64,000 nucleotides of DNA from the NCBI GenBank assembly GCA_946965045.2, contig OX337237.1:2914001-2978000 (forward strand). The letters run 5' to 3'. This DNA comes from Epithemia pelagica (lineage: Eukaryota; Protista; Bacillariophyta). This document shows, piece after piece, positions 21,516 through 32,483 of the stretch. Positions within the stretch are counted from its first letter, which is position 1; each line of letters begins with the position of its first letter. The translations under genes were made by a program, and so were the position numbers. Below the pieces are notes generated by a model. The model made no database searches and had not been told where the DNA came from. It saw only the letters and a list, made by a program, of their open reading frames with translations.

Positions 21516-24500
21516 ATGGCGCATCCCTGGCATCCTCGTGAAGATGATGACGATGAGGATGACGAAGAAGAAGAAGACGAACAAGAAGAGACCCCCAACT
21601 TGTCTCGTCCCACAATTCCTCCTTCGATTTTGAGTACTTCCCGATCACAACAACAACCGCAACCACAACAAGGCGGCGGCGGCGACTATCCCTTGCCCGC
21701 CGTGTTGCAGTTTTGTCCGGGCGGTGTGGCGACGCCGCACCTTCCTCTTTCGTCGTCGTCTTCTCGTGTGTGGCCCGACGACTCGAATCGCCCCTTTTCC
21801 TATGCCTTGAATCAATTGTCGGCCCAACAACAAGCCTCCTTGCTGGCCCAAGCGCAAGCCGCCGACGATCGTTTGCGGCAGTACGCCCTCTGGTATCATG
21901 CGCAGGAGCAACAACAGCAGCCACAATCGTCCTCCACCACGACCACTACATCCTCTACTCATTTGCCGGCCCATGCGCGTCCTTCCTTGTCGGTCTTGTG
22001 CCATGCCGTCTTTGGTCGATTCACGGGCGTCTCGCCCGAGACGGTCAAGGACTGGGCCAATGCTCTTGTCCTGTCCTATTTGGATCGCGACGAAGCCCGC
22101 GAAGCCGCCATGTCAGTGCAATGTACCGTGGTGGGAAGCAGTGAGGCTCCACAACCGCAACCACTGGTGGAATCCATTCCCACGTCCGAGGAAGAAATTT
22201 GGAACGAGCCGACAACAACAAGTCCACTCGTGGCACCCCAATCCTTCTTGTCGTCCGCTCGTCCTCGCACCACATCCTCTTCCTTGGCGAGTCGTCTCAA
22301 GGATCGCTTGGCCCGAGCTCATCCGGGCATGAAGCGGCCCCGTCGTCCTTGCGGTTACGTCTTTCAACGCGGCGACATTGCCTGGAATTGTCGCACCTGT
22401 CAAACCGATGCCACCTGTGTCATTTGCGACGAGTGTTTTCGTAACTCCAATCATGAGGGTCACGAGGTCTACTTTCATCGCACCAGTCCCGGTGGGTGTT
22501 GCGATTGCGGCGATGTCGAAGCCTGGAATATACATGGGTGTTGTCCCACGCATCAACCGGAATTGACGACGACTGCCCAAGAAACGACGACCATGGAATC
22601 CTCGACCACGACGTGGAATTCGGTGGACCCGACCAATCCAACGACTTCTACTCCATCCACACCTTCGGTGGTCTCCATGGCGGCCGATCCCTTGGAAGCA
22701 GTCCGGACGGCCCTCAAGGGCTATGAATTGCAACAAGAAACGCTCGGGCAGGCTCCCACGGCCTTGCCTCCGGCCACGACAGCCGCCTTGGCGACGGTGA
22801 TTGGCGCCGCCGTCTCCTGCCTGGTGCAAGCCGTTCAAGGCGCGGGCGTTGGTGCCGATCCCTTGCAATTTCCCACAGCCTGGCCCCTGGAAGCGAGTTT
22901 ACTCAGTGGAGACCCGGCGGAGGAATTTGCCGCGGGACACTTACCCTTGCCACCAAACTATCAATTGCAATTGCGCTTGCACAATGACGATGTCCATACC
23001 TTTGAAGAAGTCATTGATGCCCTGCATCAACCCACAAATACAACTGGAGCAGCCGCCGCGGGAGCCTTTGGGGCTCCTCCGCCCAACAATCGTGGGGGTG
23101 GTGGTCCTCCAGGCCTGTCTCGACACGGAGGAGGACCCGATCGAATCCGACCCGGAACGGCGGCTCCGGCTCCACCGCGCGAACCGCCTTCGTTGGTTCC
23201 CTTGCGCGAACAAGCGACGGAAATGACCCATCACGTCGATGCCGATGGCCAAGTCGTGGTCAAGACCTACGACAATTGTCGCTTGGCCGTCCACGGCTTT
23301 GGTCGATTAAAGGTCCGCGGTTTGCAATGTGCCGTCGTCAGTACGGCCCAAGTCGACTTGGAACAACGGGCCCGACACTTGGCCGTGTGGTTGACCGAAG
23401 TGTGTGCCGCGCATCCCGTCGCGGCCGCTCTCTGCATTCATGCCTTGGTCCAAATCGACGATACGGAACCGCTGGCTGGATATTACGTTTGGTCCGAACC
23501 CCGTACCATTCCCCCCTGGGTCGGATCGGCCCAATTCGAACAAGATGCAGTGGCGGCCTGTCGACACCGACTTCAAGTTTTTGCACCGCACAAGGCCTCG
23601 TCGTATTTGACGCGCTTGGAGGCGTGGAAATTGCACGATGTGGCCAAGGGATTGCCGGGGTTTGCCGCATGGACGCGGGCCGACGTGCAGTATTATCAAG
23701 GTCACGGATCGTGGCGTCGCTTGGCACTGCAACGTCATGGCAAATCGCCCCATGCTCTGTGGGGAACCTTGCCCAGTCGGTATCACCCCCGGGCCGACCA
23801 ACACGACCTGTTGCGGCACTTGACATCATCCGACGGCAAACCGCCCGCGCAACCCGATACGGGCATGCACTTGGTGGAACCCCTCTATGTGGTGGATACC
23901 GATTTGCGCAAACAACAAGAAGCCGATCGGATTTCCAGCAGTGTCTATCCGCACAAATTGCCGGGATTGCATCTCGTGTGGAAACCCCTGGGCTTGTCGT
24001 CGTCGTCGACCAATAATGAACCTGAGGAGCCCAATCCCCAACAGGTTCGTCACTTGTTGGCCATGTCCTCGTATCGGGCGCCCGTGTCGTCCATTTTGTG
24101 GCTCTTGTTGTTGGATCCCTATCCGACCAAGCAATTGCGGGGCGCCACACACGCCTTGTTTTTGTCGCTGCTGACCGATTCGCGCTTCAAGTGTCGCTTT
24201 GCCGCCGCCTTTGGCGTCGCCTACCGACCCTTGTCGACCTTGTTTTGTGCCGGCGTGGGGACCGAAGCCGATACGCCCTTGCATTTTGCCGTGCAAATTT
24301 TGACGGCGGGCAGTTTGGTCCGGGCCCTTGGACACTTGCCGGCCACCCAACACTTGCTCTTGAGCGACTCGGCCCCATCACGACAAAACGACGACGCCCA
24401 CAACCACCAATCCTCGTCGTCCTTGGGAGTCTTTTGTTTGCCCATTGCCCATACCATTGCCCGATGCATTCATACCAACTTGTTGGGCGCCACCAAGGAA

Positions 24501-27500
24501 GTCAATATGATTTTGACCAATGCCTTTCGAACCCATCGACGATCGCGACGACGACAACGACAACGACTTCACCAACAACCACACGAACGGACGCGGGGAA
24601 CGGCCCATCCCGACGCCTTGCACGACGAAGCAGGCGACCATGACGACGACGACGACCTAATGGAGGAAGAGGAAGAGGACGTTCTCCTGGAAGAAGAGGA
24701 CTACGACGACACGACGGCCGCTCATACGGCGAGTAGCAATGCGACCTTGTTGCCCGCCTTGACGTATATTGCGGGAGAACATCCGTTGGTCACCTTGTTG
24801 CCAGCTGCTCCCGACGATGGCTTTTTGGATTCACGGTCGACACGGCACAAACGATTGCCGCATTTGCTCCGAGATTTGGAATATGTCATGGAAACACCGG
24901 GGACAGCTCTGCGATTGCTCTTGTATTCCCAATTTCCCGTGTATCAAGGTCAGACACCCCTGTCTCTGCGGAATAGTAGTACTAGTAACAGCAGTGGTGG
25001 TGGGTCTTCTCCGGACGATGTCTTGGTCTTTCCCACCGTCTTTGCCCGGTTGTTACGATTGGCGCAAGGAATGGATGCCCAAAAACGAAAAATATCCGGT
25101 GGACATGTCGAATACGAACAAAATCGATGGTTGGAAGCCTTTGGACTGAGTTTGAACATTGCCAGTGCCCGCGATGCCTTGGCCGAAAGTCCCGCCAAGA
25201 CAGATGCCGTCGTGGTGGATGGACGAAATTCGCAACAGCAACAACAAGAGACGCTGTTGGCGGCCTTTCGACAAGCCATGGGCAATCTCAATGCGGCCTT
25301 GTTGCGGGAAATCAAATTGTGGCTGTATCGAGAGGGATTGTTGGAAACCGGATTGCCGATTCCATCGGGAGGTGGCTTGCATGGACCCATGGATTTGGCC
25401 CAAGCGGGAGCCTTGCAACGGAGTACCTTGCATGTCACGGGCAGTAGTAGTAGTACCAGCAGTACCAGCGGGGATCGTCCCGCCATGGATACCAGTCCAC
25501 TAGCAGCGTCGTCGTCGGCGGCGGCGGCACCGTCCAGTGGCAGTGGCAGTTTGGCAGGCAGTTATCTGGGTGGCAACAGTAGCAGTGCGGGTCATCACTT
25601 GTTTCATCACCATTCCAGCAATCACAACATGGTGGCCTTATCGTGTGCCACGGGTGTCAAAATGACGGAACATCAATTGGGATTGATTGAAAATGCCCTC
25701 AAGGCGGAAGGAGAAATGCGGCTCCATCGATTGTCCGCCCTCGGTGTGGCGCCGACGACGACCCTCGGAGATTGTGCGACGGGGCCGTCGGCTGGATTGG
25801 TCATGGGAGATTGGTTGCGAGTGCCTCATTCCCCCTTGGCCGGTGATTCCTTGTCCTTTCATTTGCCACTTCATCGGGCCTTGGCCAAGAGTATCCGGAG
25901 TTTGTGCTCGGTGGTCATGCCCGATTCCATCCGCGATGCGCATCCTCATACATGGTGGAAGATTCCCGTCTTGGACGATGACGCAACCATGGAGAATGCC
26001 GCTTCGGCACCCTATGCCTCCTCCTTTCCCATGCACCCATTGGTTCCTCTGCTCAAGCCTACCTTGCGATCATCCAATTGTCGAGTGGTATGGATGATGG
26101 GACCCGATTGTACTCCTCAAGAAGCTCAACGACGACGCGCTCGGGCGCGCAATGTTTCGGCTCACATTGCCGTGACCAAGGTGTTGCATTCCTTGGCCGA
26201 TCATCCCATTCGTTGTTTGGCGGCGGCGCAACAAATTGAGCGACATTTGTGGGCTCGCAATGGCAGTCCGGTCACGGGCATGGCCATGAATTATACCTCG
26301 ACTCCCTTGTGTCGGTCCTTTCGGGACTTGGATTTGTTGTTGGTGCAATTGTCCGCCACGGGATGGAATGTAGGACTGGGTGCCCGACGAGTGTTTGCTC
26401 TCTTGTTGTCGCGGTTCAATATGGACGGCTATTTGTGCGACCCCGAGCGGCGATACACGGGTGGTCCAGCGGCGGCGGCATCGCCCCCAAGAGCATCCGG
26501 CAGTGGCAGCAGAGCGAACAACAACAACAACAACAACAACAATCCCAACTTGAGCGCAGCAACGACCTCCGTGATGCAACAATTCCATCATGGCTCGGGC
26601 GGAATAGCAACTAATCCCAATACCTTTTTGTGGGTGAATCCACCGCGGTTACAAGATCCCGATCATGCCGTGGTGCTGTCCGAATCTTTCTTTTCGACTC
26701 TTTGTGTCTTGGTGACGGAACTTCCACCTCCACCACCGCGATCCGCCTCGGACAATGGTCCTTTGCGACAATCGATTCGCCGAGAATTGTTGCACGCCCT
26801 AGCGTCGGAGCCACGATCTCGGAGTGAAGCCATGGCTGCTGCCGCACTGGGAGTGATGCGTCGCGATGAAAGTGAGGGAAGTAGTAATGGCGGAGCAGCG
26901 AGTGGGGGTGGTACTGGTGGAGGACTGTTTCGAGCCACTTTTGCGCAAGTGCTGGATGAGATTGGACAGGCCAAAAAGACTACGGGTCGATCCCGGGGAA
27001 CTCCGGGTGCACCACCATCCTTTGAATTGTCGGCTGATTCTTGTGAAGAGTATGACCCAACCTTTTACCATTTGCGTCGACAAGATCATCAACATGCCAT
27101 GGACATTGTTGCTCGTTTACGCAAAGTGAAATTTCCAAATGAGTGTCTTCCATTGGTTTGTCCTCCACCCAAGGCACACCCACGGTTCTTACCCTGTCGG
27201 TTGCTCTTGCATTTACCCGCCCTCGATGCCTCGATTCGGCGTGCACTCTTGTTTGCTCTAACGGGAGGCTCCTGGTTACCACCGATGGAACCAGTACAAG
27301 TGCCACAAGAAGATCTTAAAATGTCCAACACCGATGGAGACGCCGAGGATGGCGACGTTATTTTACACGATGGATTGGCAGCACCGGCGAATTTCTCCAT
27401 GACAGCATCGGGAGATGTCGTTATAACCTCGTTTACTGGCGCCGATACTCCAGGCCGTCCATCGTTGGGACCACGACGCAACGCGACTCGGTCCGCCCTA

Positions 27501-30500
27501 GCATCCAGCAACAACCCGGTATCGTCCTTTCTCCGACGGCCTCAATCTCACGAACCTCATGACCCCCGTGGTGGCAAGCCATTCTCCAAAGAAGTGGTGG
27601 CCGCATCGGCCGTGTCATTTTTGGAAGTTTTGCAATTGTTAACTCTACAAGCACATACATTGGAAGAATGTGCGTCGTTGCATCGTACATTACCGGATTT
27701 GGATGAAGAATCCAGACTGATATCATCCGGTTTGTCAATAAATACGTATTTGAGTCGTTTGGTATGGGTTCCAGAAAGCATTGAAGACGTGTGGGCACTA
27801 AGACCGTCTTCACGGGGAGGCCCGTTGGATTCCAAAGGAAGTGGTGAGTGTCGAGGGTCTGTATTGGGTTTGCTGATTGCACTCTACGAACATCGTTCCG
27901 ATCATTCGGGGGGAACATCGGGAGGTGGGTCAGGAGGAGATGATTCCGATGATAATGCTGGTGGTGCCAACCTCATGGATGAAGGGCATCATGGAGGTGC
28001 GCGACAATTGGGAGCACATGGACTGAAATGGCTGCTGCGGTTTGTACGGGCGTTGGTGGACGGAGCTACGAGTGTCACAGCTGCCGCCAAGAGTGCGACA
28101 AGTGGCGTTCCCATTGCCATCGCGCTCCAATCGTCATCGTCAAAGAATAGCTCCCCTCAGTCTGGTTCATCAGTTTCCAAGTTATCGGCAACAGACGGTT
28201 CGTCGTCGTATACCCCGGGCGCTGCGACCTCTGCTGGATGGACGATTCATGAAGGTGTACGCACAACGATTCAAGGGATGCTTGATAATTTGCCAGATTT
28301 ATGGCCACTGGAAAAAAATAAACAAACCGCGGGAGATGGAAGTGGTGATAACAGTGCCATGAGTGCCAATCAAAGAAACAAGGAGGCCGGTAAAGAAGCC
28401 CAACGCCGTGTTATGGAGCTCATGATGCAGAAACAACGCAAATTTGCTGCCACTATTGATGACGGCAAGGGTTCATCCGACAACGTCTCTTCGGGGGTTG
28501 GTGTTGAAGAATGCATCATTTGTCGATGCGATGATGCCGATGGAGAAATCAACGGTCCTTTGGGTTACTTAGGACATGTCCAACGTTCCAGAGTATCTCA
28601 AATGCGGTCTTCACTGGAAGCGGAAATGGCTGATACCGACAGTGAAAATGGTTCCGGGAACAGTCGCGCGGCAATTCTTACAAAAACGTTTAGAGTTATT
28701 GGTCACATGGGATGTCAACTTCGCGAAACAGAGGCTCTGGATTCCAAGCCTTTAATGTGTCTCCCAAGAGGGAGTGTTGTGACCGTACTGAAACGAGCGT
28801 TCTCGGCTGAATATGGCATTTTGTCGCGACGTGTGCTGGTTCGCCACGTCAAGAAAGCCGACAATAATGCCTGTCCAGTTATTTCTGAAGGCTGGGCGAG
28901 CGTCATGTCTTCGCAGGGATACGTTATTTTGAGTCCGCTTGGTTCATTGTGTTATTCCAACTCAAAGTGGGGTGCCACACGACCGATTGTCATGCAATGC
29001 GGACATGCGGCCCATTTGAAATGTGTGGAAACTCATACGCTTTCCTTGCATCAACGTGCGGCAGGGGAACAACCCTACGACGGTCGTTTTGCAGCCAATA
29101 TTGCAGACGGCGAATTCCTCTGCCCCCTTTGCAAACAACTATCGAATATTTTAATTCCTCGCGACGTGCCTCCGTCTGGGACGAAAGAAACATTGCCAGG
29201 CGCCGAAGCGTCCATTCAAGCTTATGATAAAATGGATGTGGACCAAGAGGGGAGCTCGAGCAATCTCGGGGAATCAAGTGGTCTTGTGTCTTCCAATCGA
29301 GTACGAGAAATCGGTGAGATATTCCATGTGTCACGGCTGGCAAATCCAAAGCCCGAAGATTTGAATGACCTACGAGTGAAAGCCTTGGAAGACTTTGGTT
29401 CACACTTGTATCAGGCAATGGAAGTCTCTTGGGACAGAACGATGAACAACCGAAAGAAACAGCAAAGATGGCATCCTGCGATTCGAAAATGGGACTATGA
29501 AGAAGAAGGAGGCTCTGGCGGAGGATCAATGGGTCTTCCGAGGCTTCTTCGAGAACAGCTAATTGCCTGGTCTGCGATTGGTCACAGCGCATCTTCAGCT
29601 GAAGCCGGTGCCCGTGGAGTTGAAGAAGTCCTCCCGTTTGGCATCTCATCACAGACAAGTGATCCTTGGAACGGATTCACCAAGAGCTCATTCAGGACAC
29701 ATGCTATGATACGAGAACTTAAACGAACCTTATCGGGTGCGTCGGGTTTGTTGGAGTTGCTCTGTTCAAAAATGACAAATCGACTTTCGGTATACACGGA
29801 AGAAGAAGAACCTCAGAGAAATCGAGAGGGTGAAACTCCTGTTATACTGCATTGTCTTGGGAATTTGCTCCAGGGGCGATCATGGATTGTTTCCACGGCC
29901 CTGGCAACTGCTAACTCAGTCACGGGCCCGGATTCAGCGAATGATCTGGCTCTTTGGACGGAATTGACTGCATTAACAGCAGCATTGCCCTGTCACACTG
30001 CTCGGGACGGGGTTTTGTCTCTTCGATGCGAAGCACGGGCAACTGCGGCTTCTATGTGGGCAACCAACGGCGGTGCATCGTCTTCAAACAATTCGAACTC
30101 CTCTAACAATGCTGCACTTCCATTGGCCGTGCGAAATGTGCTGACATCGGCAACGCCTCATATCCGGATGCCCGAATCATGGGGCTCAACGGACCCCTGT
30201 GTCACGGTTAGCCAGTCGACGAACTCAACCATGAAACCTTTTCGGCTAGGTATTGCATGTGGCTATTTGTATACTCCTTTGTTGGCTTGGGACTTGAACA
30301 CATTTACGGGTGCGGTTTTCTCAGCTCTGCTTCTACACGATGTTGACAAGCTTCCGAACAACCAAGAACTCCTTCAAATTGTTCAAATGCTGTTATGTGC
30401 TAGAATAGTGCAAGCCATATCTATCCCTGGTGGCTTTGAAGTCCCAGACAAGGACGACCTGGATGATGAAGATGAGTGTTGGACAACAGCAGATGAAGTG

Positions 30501-32093
30501 CAATCCCAGGGAACGGCATTATCAAGGCTTGTAGCACACTGTCATGAGGCTGTATCTAAGAGTACCAGATGCCTTGATGCCAACACTGAGTTGCTTGGCT
30601 CTACGAACACAGATACTTCGAATTCCCCACTGCAGCTTTTGGCTGGGGTCAGCCGTGCAATCCTACCATTTGCCAGGTCCCTTGTTCTCATGACGCGCGC
30701 AACTGTTGCTGTAAGACAAGATCGGCTAGAGAGGGCCAATGTAAACAAGAATGATGAACAGACTGAAGCGGACCAAGTTCTTGAAGCCGCATTATTTGAT
30801 TCAGACTTGATGGAATGCGAAGATGGCTTTATGTTTGTAAAAGCATTGAAGGGTCCACTCCCATTGCAGATGGTGCCCGGGGATGTTTCCAACGAATGGT
30901 TTGAACTTACTAATCGCTGGTTAACTTCGTTGATCGGGTTCGAGATACATCAAGGGTCCTCTGGCAGAAGTTTGCTACCGCTGATCGCTGACAAGTTGGA
31001 TGCTGGTGAAGTTGCCAGACAACTTGCAGAGGATCGTTCGGGAGCTTCGCCGAAGGATAGCGCATCAAATCGAGTTCGAGATCAAGAAGGTGTGAATGAG
31101 GGCAATGTTGACGAAGTTATGCAAGAAGCACCACCAGTAGGTGGAGAAGGGGTGGAGGTGAATGCGAACGAAGGCGGATTCGTGGTGGTCCGTCGTGGTA
31201 CTCGGGTAGAGGTAATGGTCGATGACGTTGAAGACCACGATGACGCAGACGAGATTGTAGATGAAGTCGATATGGATGATGCCGAAGAGATGGTAGATTT
31301 TGCTAATACCCTTGGATTTGGTGAGGCTATCGGGGTGGCTGGTCCGTCCATGAATTCTGGTCAAGACGACTCACACGAATCGTCGGACGAAAACAGCGAG
31401 TCGGGTTCAGACGATGGATTCGAGAATTTCGCCGAGTTTGCCAATGTGTCACGATCCCCTATCATTCCGTACCAGCCATCCTTCTTGGCATTGGACCAAA
31501 TCGGCCCTGGACGACATGGTGCAATGTTTGAATATGGTGAAGCAAGTAGTGTCATGTCCGACTTGAGCCACCTTTCCATGATACACCGCAAACACGTACC
31601 AACTTTCAACCTGATACGTCTGCCCAAATCATTCGTGGAATTGTATAATATTGTGAGTAAGGTGAAAGGTCGTGAAGAGAGTGGAGGAACAGATGAACAT
31701 GAAGACGTGGGAAATACCGAAACGGCGATTTGTCTATTGACGGGCACCGTCATGCGATCCGGTTCCCCACGGCGTAGTTACAGTCGGTCGATTCGACCAC
31801 CCGGTGCATGTACTCTTCACGCGAGGAAGCATGGCTCGGGTATTGGAATATATTTCTTGGTCCAAAAATGTACCGTCCTGCTTATGCACAACAACAAATC
31901 CGCTTATTCTCCGAGCATTTATGTGGACGAACATGGAGAAGAAGACCCAGGCCTTCGTCGCGGTCGACCTTTGTTTTTGAACGATGTACGATACCGTGCA
32001 TTGGAAATGTTGTGGAGAAATCAAGGCATTCCACGTGAGGTGGCTCAAATACGATCGACGTCAGACCGCGTCATTCGGGACAATTGGTATTAA
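21516..32093 (+). CDS. UBR1: N-recognin E3 ubiquitin ligase, UBR1/UBR2/PRT6 family, 3525 aa, intronless
   Basis: UBR box (CGYVFQRGDIAWNCRTCQTDATCVICDEC...GGCCDCGD...CPTH), ClpS-like LHNDDVHTFEEVI, split RING (CIICR...CGHAAHLKC...FLCPLCKQLSN), C-terminal IYVDEHGEEDPGLRRGRPLFL. Confidence 0.95.
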   Translation: MAHPWHPREDDDDEDDEEEEDEQEETPNLSRPTIPPSILSTSRSQQQPQPQQGGGGDYPLPAVLQFCPGGVATPHLPLSSSSSRVWPDDSNRPFSYALNQLSAQQQASLLAQAQAADDRLRQYALWYHAQEQQQQPQSSSTTTTTSSTHLPAHARPSLSVLCHAVFGRFTGVSPETVKDWANALVLSYLDRDEAREAAMSVQCTVVGSSEAPQPQPLVESIPTSEEEIWNEPTTTSPLVAPQSFLSSARPRTTSSSLASRLKDRLARAHPGMKRPRRPCGYVFQRGDIAWNCRTCQTDATCVICDECFRNSNHEGHEVYFHRTSPGGCCDCGDVEAWNIHGCCPTHQPELTTTAQETTTMESSTTTWNSVDPTNPTTSTPSTPSVVSMAADPLEAVRTALKGYELQQETLGQAPTALPPATTAALATVIGAAVSCLVQAVQGAGVGADPLQFPTAWPLEASLLSGDPAEEFAAGHLPLPPNYQLQLRLHNDDVHTFEEVIDALHQPTNTTGAAAAGAFGAPPPNNRGGGGPPGLSRHGGGPDRIRPGTAAPAPPREPPSLVPLREQATEMTHHVDADGQVVVKTYDNCRLAVHGFGRLKVRGLQCAVVSTAQVDLEQRARHLAVWLTEVCAAHPVAAALCIHALVQIDDTEPLAGYYVWSEPRTIPPWVGSAQFEQDAVAACRHRLQVFAPHKASSYLTRLEAWKLHDVAKGLPGFAAWTRADVQYYQGHGSWRRLALQRHGKSPHALWGTLPSRYHPRADQHDLLRHLTSSDGKPPAQPDTGMHLVEPLYVVDTDLRKQQEADRISSSVYPHKLPGLHLVWKPLGLSSSSTNNEPEEPNPQQVRHLLAMSSYRAPVSSILWLLLLDPYPTKQLRGATHALFLSLLTDSRFKCRFAAAFGVAYRPLSTLFCAGVGTEADTPLHFAVQILTAGSLVRALGHLPATQHLLLSDSAPSRQNDDAHNHQSSSSLGVFCLPIAHTIARCIHTNLLGATKEVNMILTNAFRTHRRSRRRQRQRLHQQPHERTRGTAHPDALHDEAGDHDDDDDLMEEEEEDVLLEEEDYDDTTAAHTASSNATLLPALTYIAGEHPLVTLLPAAPDDGFLDSRSTRHKRLPHLLRDLEYVMETPGTALRLLLYSQFPVYQGQTPLSLRNSSTSNSSGGGSSPDDVLVFPTVFARLLRLAQGMDAQKRKISGGHVEYEQNRWLEAFGLSLNIASARDALAESPAKTDAVVVDGRNSQQQQQETLLAAFRQAMGNLNAALLREIKLWLYREGLLETGLPIPSGGGLHGPMDLAQAGALQRSTLHVTGSSSSTSSTSGDRPAMDTSPLAASSSAAAAPSSGSGSLAGSYLGGNSSSAGHHLFHHHSSNHNMVALSCATGVKMTEHQLGLIENALKAEGEMRLHRLSALGVAPTTTLGDCATGPSAGLVMGDWLRVPHSPLAGDSLSFHLPLHRALAKSIRSLCSVVMPDSIRDAHPHTWWKIPVLDDDATMENAASAPYASSFPMHPLVPLLKPTLRSSNCRVVWMMGPDCTPQEAQRRRARARNVSAHIAVTKVLHSLADHPIRCLAAAQQIERHLWARNGSPVTGMAMNYTSTPLCRSFRDLDLLLVQLSATGWNVGLGARRVFALLLSRFNMDGYLCDPERRYTGGPAAAASPPRASGSGSRANNNNNNNNNPNLSAATTSVMQQFHHGSGGIATNPNTFLWVNPPRLQDPDHAVVLSESFFSTLCVLVTELPPPPPRSASDNGPLRQSIRRELLHALASEPRSRSEAMAAAALGVMRRDESEGSSNGGAASGGGTGGGLFRATFAQVLDEIGQAKKTTGRSRGTPGAPPSFELSADSCEEYDPTFYHLRRQDHQHAMDIVARLRKVKFPNECLPLVCPPPKAHPRFLPCRLLLHLPALDASIRRALLFALTGGSWLPPMEPVQVPQEDLKMSNTDGDAEDGDVILHDGLAAPANFSMTASGDVVITSFTGADTPGRPSLGPRRNATRSALASSNNPVSSFLRRPQSHEPHDPRGGKPFSKEVVAASAVSFLEVLQLLTLQAHTLEECASLHRTLPDLDEESRLISSGLSINTYLSRLVWVPESIEDVWALRPSSRGGPLDSKGSGECRGSVLGLLIALYEHRSDHSGGTSGGGSGGDDSDDNAGGANLMDEGHHGGARQLGAHGLKWLLRFVRALVDGATSVTAAAKSATSGVPIAIALQSSSSKNSSPQSGSSVSKLSATDGSSSYTPGAATSAGWTIHEGVRTTIQGMLDNLPDLWPLEKNKQTAGDGSGDNSAMSANQRNKEAGKEAQRRVMELMMQKQRKFAATIDDGKGSSDNVSSGVGVEECIICRCDDADGEINGPLGYLGHVQRSRVSQMRSSLEAEMADTDSENGSGNSRAAILTKTFRVIGHMGCQLRETEALDSKPLMCLPRGSVVTVLKRAFSAEYGILSRRVLVRHVKKADNNACPVISEGWASVMSSQGYVILSPLGSLCYSNSKWGATRPIVMQCGHAAHLKCVETHTLSLHQRAAGEQPYDGRFAANIADGEFLCPLCKQLSNILIPRDVPPSGTKETLPGAEASIQAYDKMDVDQEGSSSNLGESSGLVSSNRVREIGEIFHVSRLANPKPEDLNDLRVKALEDFGSHLYQAMEVSWDRTMNNRKKQQRWHPAIRKWDYEEEGGSGGGSMGLPRLLREQLIAWSAIGHSASSAEAGARGVEEVLPFGISSQTSDPWNGFTKSSFRTHAMIRELKRTLSGASGLLELLCSKMTNRLSVYTEEEEPQRNREGETPVILHCLGNLLQGRSWIVSTALATANSVTGPDSANDLALWTELTALTAALPCHTARDGVLSLRCEARATAASMWATNGGASSSNNSNSSNNAALPLAVRNVLTSATPHIRMPESWGSTDPCVTVSQSTNSTMKPFRLGIACGYLYTPLLAWDLNTFTGAVFSALLLHDVDKLPNNQELLQIVQMLLCARIVQAISIPGGFEVPDKDDLDDEDECWTTADEVQSQGTALSRLVAHCHEAVSKSTRCLDANTELLGSTNTDTSNSPLQLLAGVSRAILPFARSLVLMTRATVAVRQDRLERANVNKNDEQTEADQVLEAALFDSDLMECEDGFMFVKALKGPLPLQMVPGDVSNEWFELTNRWLTSLIGFEIHQGSSGRSLLPLIADKLDAGEVARQLAEDRSGASPKDSASNRVRDQEGVNEGNVDEVMQEAPPVGGEGVEVNANEGGFVVVRRGTRVEVMVDDVEDHDDADEIVDEVDMDDAEEMVDFANTLGFGEAIGVAGPSMNSGQDDSHESSDENSESGSDDGFENFAEFANVSRSPIIPYQPSFLALDQIGPGRHGAMFEYGEASSVMSDLSHLSMIHRKHVPTFNLIRLPKSFVELYNIVSKVKGREESGGTDEHEDVGNTETAICLLTGTVMRSGSPRRSYSRSIRPPGACTLHARKHGSGIGIYFLVQKCTVLLMHNNKSAYSPSIYVDEHGEEDPGLRRGRPLFLNDVRYRALEMLWRNQGIPREVAQIRSTSDRVIRDNWY

Positions 32094-32483
32094 AGGTCAC
32101 CGCAAAACGGAGGGCAGGTGCTATGTGTACCAAACACAACGAAACAACGATATAACAAGATTATAAATACAGAGTAATTTTAGATGCAAATGACAAGACG
32201 ACATTTGTTCATATCTCAAGTATAGCGCTTCATTTTGTGAGTTGTAGAGCGATTTTCCGATTGGATATATATAACGATCGAATTACAACGATCGCTCTAA
32301 ATCTTTTACTCGACTGGCTGCGGTTTGGAAAAAGCTATTATTTATACTTGATGTGCATACGTTCGTCGTTTTGAGCGTTTCCTAAGACGCTACGTATTTC
32401 CTATACATTTTCCAAATGTGTTGTCTGTGGAACACTAAACTGTGTGGGAATCACGAATACAAATATAAATCGAATGTTGGCCA

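Noticed and set aside
21280-32048. Numerous antisense and alternate-frame ORFs over UBR1 (likewise over the WD40, sulfotransferase-like and GT61 genes)
   Set aside because: Shadow ORFs of GC-balanced, low-complexity coding sequence with no independent motifs.
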